NCBI GenBank assembly: GCA_963809895.1
Contig: CAWELD010000003.1
Span: 3,072,001-3,136,000, forward strand
Source of the DNA: an uncultured Gemmatimonadales bacterium
Lineage (GTDB): Bacteria > Gemmatimonadota > Gemmatimonadetes > Longimicrobiales > Gaopeijiaceae
DNA: 64,000 nt
Direction of reading: 5' to 3'
Shown here: positions 58,338-64,000 of the stretch, one piece after another
Position numbering within the stretch: position 1 is the first letter of the stretch
Layout: every line of letters starts with the position of its first letter
Translations under genes and position numbers: made by a program
Notes under the pieces: model-generated
The model's input: the letters and a program-made list of their open reading frames with translations, nothing else
Told to the model about the DNA's origin: nothing
Databases searched by the model: none

Positions 58338-59252
58338 GTGAGTGCCATCCACCCGGACGTCCGGATCCTGGAGATCGCCGCGCGGCAGCATGGCGTGGTC
58401 GCCCGCAAGCAGCTGCGTGAGGCGGGGCTGTCGCGAGGTGCCGTAGAGTATCGGCTCCGGAAGGGGGTCCTTCGAGCCCTGCACCGAGGTGTCTACCGCA
58501 CCGGACCGACGACGCCGCAGTACCAGGCGGAAGCCGCCGCGCTGCTGGCGTGTGGCGAAGATGCCGTGCTCACCCACAGGACGGCAGCCGGCATCCTGGG
58601 CATCATTCCCGAGCCCCGGCCCGAGCAGCCCATCGATGTCTCCGGCCCCCGCAGCCTGCGCGGTCCGCGCTCCGGTGTCCGGCTCCACCGCGTCGGACGG
58701 CTGCCCGACGACGAGGTCGAGCGCCGGCACGGGCTGGTCGTCGCCGCTGGGCCGCGGACGATCCTGGACCTCGCCTCCTGTCTCGGGCCCTACGACCTCG
58801 AGCGCGCCCTGGCGCGGGCCGAGCGGCGGGATCTGGTCACCCTCGATCGGGTCCGGGCCATCGCCGACCGGCATCCCCGCCGACCAGGCCGCGGAAGGCT
58901 ACAGGCCCTCCTCGACGACATCGCGGAACCGGCGCTCACCCGCTCGCCACCGGAGCGCCTGCTCCTGAAGAGGCTGCGCAGGGCGGGCGTCCCGCGGCCC
59001 AGGGCCAACGCCAGGATCCACGGCATGGAGGTGGATCTGCTGTTTCCGGACTACCGGCTGGCCGTGGAGATCGACGGCTACGCTTTCCACCGCCAGCGGC
59101 CGGCCTTCGAAGACGATCGCGGCCGCGGCGCCGCTCTCGCAGCCCGGGGGATCATGGTCCTGCGCTTCACCCCACGACAGCTCAAGACGGAACCCGACAA
59201 GGTGCTCGCACAGCTGTGTCTGGCTCTCGGTGCCAGGACGCCGACGCGCTGA
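58338..59252 (+). CDS. AbiEi-type antitoxin HTH + DUF559 (Vsr-like) endonuclease domain protein
   Basis: AARQHGVVARKQL...LHRGVY, VLTHRTAA, RTILDLA, TRSPPE and EVDLLF...LAVEIDGYAFH...DRGR...VLRFT. Confidence 0.9.
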   Translation: MSAIHPDVRILEIAARQHGVVARKQLREAGLSRGAVEYRLRKGVLRALHRGVYRTGPTTPQYQAEAAALLACGEDAVLTHRTAAGILGIIPEPRPEQPIDVSGPRSLRGPRSGVRLHRVGRLPDDEVERRHGLVVAAGPRTILDLASCLGPYDLERALARAERRDLVTLDRVRAIADRHPRRPGRGRLQALLDDIAEPALTRSPPERLLLKRLRRAGVPRPRANARIHGMEVDLLFPDYRLAVEIDGYAFHRQRPAFEDDRGRGAALAARGIMVLRFTPRQLKTEPDKVLAQLCLALGARTPTR

Positions 59253-59405
59253 AGTCCCGCCTGCCAGGGACCGTGGCGCGCGGGGCCCGTGAGACGCAGA
59301 GATCCGACCGACGCGAGGGGCAGGTGAGACACGAGTCGCTTCTCGGTCGGCCGGGATAAGGACTGCGGCCGAAGTGCGAACATGGCCGTCACAGCCGCCA
59401 GGCGG

Positions 59406-59518
59406 ACGTGGTCTTCGCAGCCTTCAACACTCGGACCACTACCCGAGGGCTGCGAACGCCAGGATTATCATGGTGTCCGCCGCCCGAGACCTCCAGCGCT
59501 CCCCCCGCGGCTGCGAAC
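59406..59518. repeat. Palindromic repeat element copy C (truncated in second unit)
   Basis: Unit at 59448-484; next unit breaks off after GGCTGCGAAC at 59518. Confidence 0.88.
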
Positions 59519-59523
59519 AACAA

Positions 59524-59564
59524 TGTAATATATTTTGGACATCTAGTCGTAAATATCTTACTAT
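59524..59564 (+). promoter_or_regulatory. Promoter/operator of the membrane protein-XRE operon
   Basis: TGGACA-N17-TACTAT; overlapping imperfect dyad TGTAATATATTTTGGACA. Confidence 0.65.
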
Positions 59565-59595
59565 TCGTTTGGACCAACCTCAACTGGAGAACGCC

Positions 59596-60153
59596 ATGAG
59601 CAGCATCCTCTGGTCGGTGGGAGCGCTGGTGGCGGGCAGCCTGATACTCTGGATCGTCGCCCGCTCCGTGATGTCCCGCGTTCCCGACTTCTCCGACGGC
59701 GGGAAGCCGCCGTCTACGCACCTTCAACGGGCGGCCCGCTGGAGCCTGTTTCTGGCGGGGACACCGGTCCTTGCCGTCGCGCTCATGCTCGCCGTGTTCG
59801 GTCTGGAGCGAGCAACAGAAGACGCAGGCCTTCGCTTCACACTGTACGGGCTCATCCTGGTGTCCCTCCTTGCCGCCGGCGGCGGAGCGTGGTGGGTCGC
59901 AAGACGCGGCCGGGCGCCTGCGGGCGGTATCGTACTGGATGAACGGGACCGCGCGATCCTCGAGCGCGCCCCGGCCGTGCAGTCGGTTACCACTATCCTC
60001 GTGCTGGCTGCTTGGACGGTCCTTCTCACCGAGCACTTTTCGGCCACCGGAGCGGTACCCCTGGTCTGGCTCCAGCTCGTCTTCTGGTCGTGTGTGACGG
60101 TGAACGCGCTCGGGCTGCCAGCGGGGGTGCTCATGGGGTACCGGAAGGGGTGA
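59596..60153 (+). CDS. Membrane protein (DUF2178-like)
   Basis: GGAG RBS, about 5 TM segments, DERDRAI motif. Confidence 0.75.
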   Translation: MSSILWSVGALVAGSLILWIVARSVMSRVPDFSDGGKPPSTHLQRAARWSLFLAGTPVLAVALMLAVFGLERATEDAGLRFTLYGLILVSLLAAGGGAWWVARRGRAPAGGIVLDERDRAILERAPAVQSVTTILVLAAWTVLLTEHFSATGAVPLVWLQLVFWSCVTVNALGLPAGVLMGYRKG

Positions 60154-60154
60154 G

Positions 60155-60379
60155 ATGGACACCGATCAGCTCAGAAACGACATCCGTCGACATCGCTTCG
60201 AGCGCAACGAGATGACGCAGCAGGAGCTGGCCGATGCCGCCGGTTGTTCACGGCAAACCATCGTGATGCTGGAAAAGGAGCGCTACAGTCCCTCGCTCGG
60301 ATTGGCCATGAAGATCGCCCGCGTCTTCGATGTGAGGGTGGACGATCTCTTCTGGCTCGACGGGGACGAAGACACATGA
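60155..60379 (+). CDS. XRE/Cro-CI HTH transcriptional regulator
   Basis: MTQQELADAAGCSRQTI...YSPSLGLAMKIARVF. Confidence 0.95.
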   Translation: MDTDQLRNDIRRHRFERNEMTQQELADAAGCSRQTIVMLEKERYSPSLGLAMKIARVFDVRVDDLFWLDGDEDT

Positions 60380-60427
60380 TCAACCATGGCCGGAAGGCGG
60401 ACCTGGCCGTCACAGCCGCCAGTGCGA

Positions 60428-60605
60428 ACATGGTCTTCGCAGCCGCCAACCGTCGGGCCACCACCCGATGGCGGCGAATCCCAGGATTATCATGGTGTCC
60501 GCCGCCCGCGACTCCCGCCGCACCCTCCGCGGCTGCAAACGACAGGATAGTCATGGCCTTCGCAGCCTTCGCCCTTCCCCACTTCCATCTCTGGCTGCGA
60601 ACCCC
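60428..60605. repeat. Palindromic repeat element copy D
   Basis: Units at 60470-506 and 60531-567; spacers 25/24/25 bp. Confidence 0.9.
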
Positions 60606-60686
60606 ACGCCGGGCACGACCATATTGTGGAACCGGGACGACCTGAAGTCCTGGCACGATCGGGGTCGGGTCTCTCATTCTTCTCGG

Positions 60687-63374
60687 ATGTCTGACCCCAT
60701 TACCCGTCTCAACCTCGCCCTCTCCGACCGCTACCGCATCGAGCGCGAGCTCGGCGAGGGCGGTATGGCCACGGTCTATCTCGCCCAGGACCTCAAGCAC
60801 AAGCGCTCGGTCGCCCTCAAGGTGCTCAAGCCCGAGCTCGCCGCCGTGGTGGGAGCAGAGCGGTTCCTGGCCGAGATCGAAACCACGGCGAACCTGCAAC
60901 ATCCCCACATCCTCCCGCTGTTCGATTCGGGCGAGGCCGACGGTTTCCTCTATTACGTCATGCCGTATATCGAGGGTGAGTCGCTCCGAGAACGGCTGGA
61001 TCGGGAGGGGCAGCTCCCGGTGGAGGAGGCAGTCCGACACGTCTCGGACGTGGCAGAAGCCCTGGGCCACGCTCACCGCCGAGATGTGGTCCACCGCGAC
61101 ATCAAGCCGGCCAACATCCTCATCCAGGACGGTCGGCCCGTGGTCGCCGACTTCGGGATCGCGCTCGCCGTGGGGAGCGCCGGAGGCGCACGCCTGACCG
61201 AGACCGGTCTCAGCGTCGGCACGCCGTACTACATGAGCCCCGAACAGGCCATGGGCGACGCCCCGGTGAGCGCCGCCAGCGACATCTACGCCCTGGCGTG
61301 CGTCCTCTACGAGCTCCTCGCCGGCGAGCCACCCTTCACGGGCGGCACCGCCCAGGCCGTCCTGGCCAAGATCATCACGGGGGGACCACCCTCGATCCTC
61401 GAGGTGCGGTCCGCGGTGCCGCGAAACGTGGACGCAGCGATCCGTCGCGCCCTCGAGCGGGTCCCCGCCGACCGCTTCCCTTCCGCGAAGGCGTTCCGGG
61501 AGGCGCTGGCCGATCCTTCCTTCCGCTATGGCGAGGATCCTGAGGCGACCGCTGGGCATCCCTCGCGTCGTCTTCGACTCGTCACCGCCGGCGCTCTCGC
61601 CCTCTCGGTGGCTACGACCGCGGTAGCGGTGGGGGCTTTCACCCGGCTGTCGGAATCACGAGGTCCCACGCGGGTGTTGACCCAGGAGCTGACCCTCGGG
61701 ATCGGCGCGCCCCGGACCAGCTTGAATATCGCCGAAGTGTCCGACGACGGCCGCTGGATTGCGTACAACGGCAGCGACCAGAGGGGCGTCGCCTCGATCT
61801 ACGTCCGGAACGTGACGGAGCAGGCGGCGAGGCTGCTGCCCGGTACGCGAGACGCGCGCCGTATGGCCATTTCGCGGACGAGCGACGAAGTCGCGTTCAC
61901 ACAGATATCCCTCGGACCGTTGAAGGTCGTATCTCTCGAGGGCGGGCCGGTACGGGTCCTGGCCGAGGGCGCCCAGGCGCGACCCGTCTGGGGGGACGAG
62001 CACATCTACTTCGTCAACGCCGAGCTCGGGATCAGCCGCGTACCCATCGAGGGCGGGGCGGTGGAACGGGTGACACCGGTCACGGACGACGGCGTGGTCC
62101 GAGCTCCCACCGACGTGTTGCCCGGGCGCGACGTCGTGATCTTCACCGAGTTCTCCCGCGGAGGGGGGGACGAAACGGTCCGGGCCCTTTCGCTCGCTTC
62201 GGGGGAGATGAAGACGCTCGCCGACGGAGCCGGAGGTGTCGTGAGAGACGGCGTCCTCCTCTTCGCCGCCGCATCGCAGGACGGCCTCGAGGCCGTCCCG
62301 ATCGACCCTGAGACCCTGGATGTAGCGGGCAAGCCGGTCACGGTGGCCACCGGGCTCGTCTCCGTCGGCCCCCTCTTCGGCGGGTTGCTGTTTCGCGTGA
62401 GCCAGTCTGGCGACCTGATCTACGGCATGGCCGGGCAACGCGAGGAGAGCGTGACTCATCCGGTGTGGGTCGATCGGTTGGGAAACGTCACCACCATCGC
62501 GACCGAGTGGCGCGTCTCGCCCGTGATCTCCGTGTCCTCGCTCGCTCTGTCACACGACGGCACCCGTCTCGCGGCGTCCAGCGGAGGAGCGGGCCAGAAC
62601 GACCTGGAGCTCTTCATACAGGATCTGCAGGGAGGACCTCTCCGGCGAATCGCCTTCGACGAGCCGATCAGCACCCGTCCCTTCTGGAGCCCGGACGACC
62701 AGGAAGTCTACTACTTCGAGGACCCCAGCGGGTCGTTCCTCGAAGGGAACCTCGTGGCCCGGCGGGCCGATGGAAGTGGTGATGCCCGCATCATCGTGCC
62801 CGACGTGGGCATCGGAGACGGGGCGTGGAGCCGGGACGGCGCCTGGATGGTCTTCCGGGTCGGTGTGCCGGCCCGCCCGAGCCGGGACATCTTCGCGCTC
62901 CGGGCGGGCACCACCGAGCCCATCGAGCTGGTGGCCACCGACGCCACCGAGCAGGCCCCGTCCCTGTCGCCGGACGGAAGGTGGCTCCTCTACCAGTCCG
63001 ACCGGACCGGGCAGCACGAGGTCTACGTGCGCCCCTTCCCCGAGGTCGACGACGGCCTCCAGCAGATCTCGCTCGACGGAGGGACCGAGCCGCGCTGGGC
63101 CCACTCCGGTCGGGAGATCTTCTATCGGGACGATGAGGGACGCATGGTGGCGGTACAGGTGGAGGCGGGCGACCGAGAGCTGCAGACGTTGGATCACGAC
63201 GTGCTCTTCGATGCCACCCCCTTCTGGTCGGACCCTGCTTCGCAGCAGTACGATGTCGCGCCCGACGACCAGAGGTTCCTGATGCTGCGAGGCGAAGCCG
63301 GTCGCAACAATCTCGTCGTGAGCTGGAACTGGTTCGAGCGGACCAGGCACTTGATCCAGGAGGCGAACCGGTAG
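60687..63374 (+). CDS. Ser/Thr protein kinase with TM and TolB-like PD40 propeller
   Basis: LGEGGMATVY, VALKVL, HRDIKPANIL, DFGIA and GTPYYMSPEQ; SPDGRW repeats. Confidence 0.95.
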   Translation: MSDPITRLNLALSDRYRIERELGEGGMATVYLAQDLKHKRSVALKVLKPELAAVVGAERFLAEIETTANLQHPHILPLFDSGEADGFLYYVMPYIEGESLRERLDREGQLPVEEAVRHVSDVAEALGHAHRRDVVHRDIKPANILIQDGRPVVADFGIALAVGSAGGARLTETGLSVGTPYYMSPEQAMGDAPVSAASDIYALACVLYELLAGEPPFTGGTAQAVLAKIITGGPPSILEVRSAVPRNVDAAIRRALERVPADRFPSAKAFREALADPSFRYGEDPEATAGHPSRRLRLVTAGALALSVATTAVAVGAFTRLSESRGPTRVLTQELTLGIGAPRTSLNIAEVSDDGRWIAYNGSDQRGVASIYVRNVTEQAARLLPGTRDARRMAISRTSDEVAFTQISLGPLKVVSLEGGPVRVLAEGAQARPVWGDEHIYFVNAELGISRVPIEGGAVERVTPVTDDGVVRAPTDVLPGRDVVIFTEFSRGGGDETVRALSLASGEMKTLADGAGGVVRDGVLLFAAASQDGLEAVPIDPETLDVAGKPVTVATGLVSVGPLFGGLLFRVSQSGDLIYGMAGQREESVTHPVWVDRLGNVTTIATEWRVSPVISVSSLALSHDGTRLAASSGGAGQNDLELFIQDLQGGPLRRIAFDEPISTRPFWSPDDQEVYYFEDPSGSFLEGNLVARRADGSGDARIIVPDVGIGDGAWSRDGAWMVFRVGVPARPSRDIFALRAGTTEPIELVATDATEQAPSLSPDGRWLLYQSDRTGQHEVYVRPFPEVDDGLQQISLDGGTEPRWAHSGREIFYRDDEGRMVAVQVEAGDRELQTLDHDVLFDATPFWSDPASQQYDVAPDDQRFLMLRGEAGRNNLVVSWNWFERTRHLIQEANR

Positions 63375-63491
63375 GTCGCGGCGGGGAGGTTCTTCCCCCC
63401 CGCTGCCCCGGGTGCGACGTGGCGGATCGGAGAAGAGGCGTCCAGATTGCGCGGCGGACTCCTCCCTGCCCCCCAGCCGCGATGAACCGCC

Positions 63492-64000
63492 ATGAGTGAC
63501 GGGCCGAGCCGACAGCCCCGCAGTCTACGTGCCTACGCCGCGGAGATCGCCGTCATCGTGTTCTCCATCCTGCTGGCGTTCACCCTCGACCGGGGGTGGG
63601 ACGCCTGGCAGGCACGGGGGGAGGAGCGGGTGGCCCTGGAGGGTCTCCGGGCGGACTTCCTCAAGAATCGGGAGGAGGTACGGACACAACTCTCCGCCGT
63701 CGAAGGCACCGCCGAGGCGTTCGTAACGGTGTTGGCCATCGTCGCCGCTCCGGAGACGTCCGGGGACACGCTCTCCCGGCCTACGCTCGGGGGCCTCTTC
63801 ACTGGGAACTCCCTGGACCCCTACACGGCCACGCTGGACCAACTGGAGTCGTCGGGGCAGATGGACCTCCTGCGCGACCCGGAGTTGCGGACGCTCCTGG
63901 CCCAGTGGCGCGCCGAGACCCAGGACGCGCGGAACGAGCAGGTGCGTTTCGTGGATCTCATCAGCGCGGTCCTGTGGCCGGCTCTGGTCGACGCGGGCTA
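63492..64000 (+). CDS. Membrane-anchored helical protein (DUF6090-like), truncated at window end
   Basis: EIAVIVFSILLAF.LD..W...E...L..L..DF and LESSGQMDLLRD pattern; open to the edge. Confidence 0.7.
   Translation, partial: MSDGPSRQPRSLRAYAAEIAVIVFSILLAFTLDRGWDAWQARGEERVALEGLRADFLKNREEVRTQLSAVEGTAEAFVTVLAIVAAPETSGDTLSRPTLGGLFTGNSLDPYTATLDQLESSGQMDLLRDPELRTLLAQWRAETQDARNEQVRFVDLISAVLWPALVDAG

Noticed and set aside
58338..59252. Type IV toxin-antitoxin (AbiE) operon
   Set aside because: No adjacent AbiEii nucleotidyltransferase toxin gene
48545..60605. Calling the 37-bp repeat / 24-25-bp spacer elements CRISPR arrays
   Set aside because: At most two full units per copy, units differ by position, spacers at equivalent positions resemble each other between copies, and no cas genes are in the window
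1..64000. tRNA, rRNA, IS transposase, integrase or prophage genes
   Set aside because: No recognisable signatures by eye; a weak RNA gene could have been missed without covariance-model searches

Overview
High-GC bacterial chromosomal window. The gene repertoire (PadR plus duplicated 'ADOP' orphan ABC permeases, TolB-like/TPR proteins, Ser/Thr kinase-PD40 fusion, BlaR1-TonB fusion) suggests Gemmatimonadota; this is an inference. I found no rRNA, tRNA or cas genes. About 50 CDSs can be supported, including secDF, an RND-MFP-TolC efflux system, a hybrid two-component sensor, an ECF42-type sigma factor flanked by YciI/DGPF genes, CapA-family, DUF2239, DUF1295 and many lipoproteins. Several genes carry 1-nt frameshifts that look like long-read indel errors. 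Main observations: (1) four dispersed copies of a palindromic element with 37-bp repeats and 24-25-bp spacers (three ~180 bp, one truncated) are linked to an AbiEi-HTH/DUF559 endonuclease gene and to an internally deleted remnant of that gene, a candidate REP/REPIN-like selfish system with a non-RAYT nuclease; (2) two short RAPP/RGPP-terminated leader ORFs, each with a stem running from its stop codon to the next initiation region, lie upstream of secDF and of a porin/His-Met membrane protein/FMN-bind-like operon; (3) a 41-bp motif is shared upstream of two lipoprotein genes 21 kb apart; (4) a Cys-rich secreted peptide gene sits between two beta-propeller genes; (5) there is a duplicated ECF42-like promoter, several operators and a candidate attenuator/sRNA. 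All family assignments are from motif recognition by eye; no searches were run.
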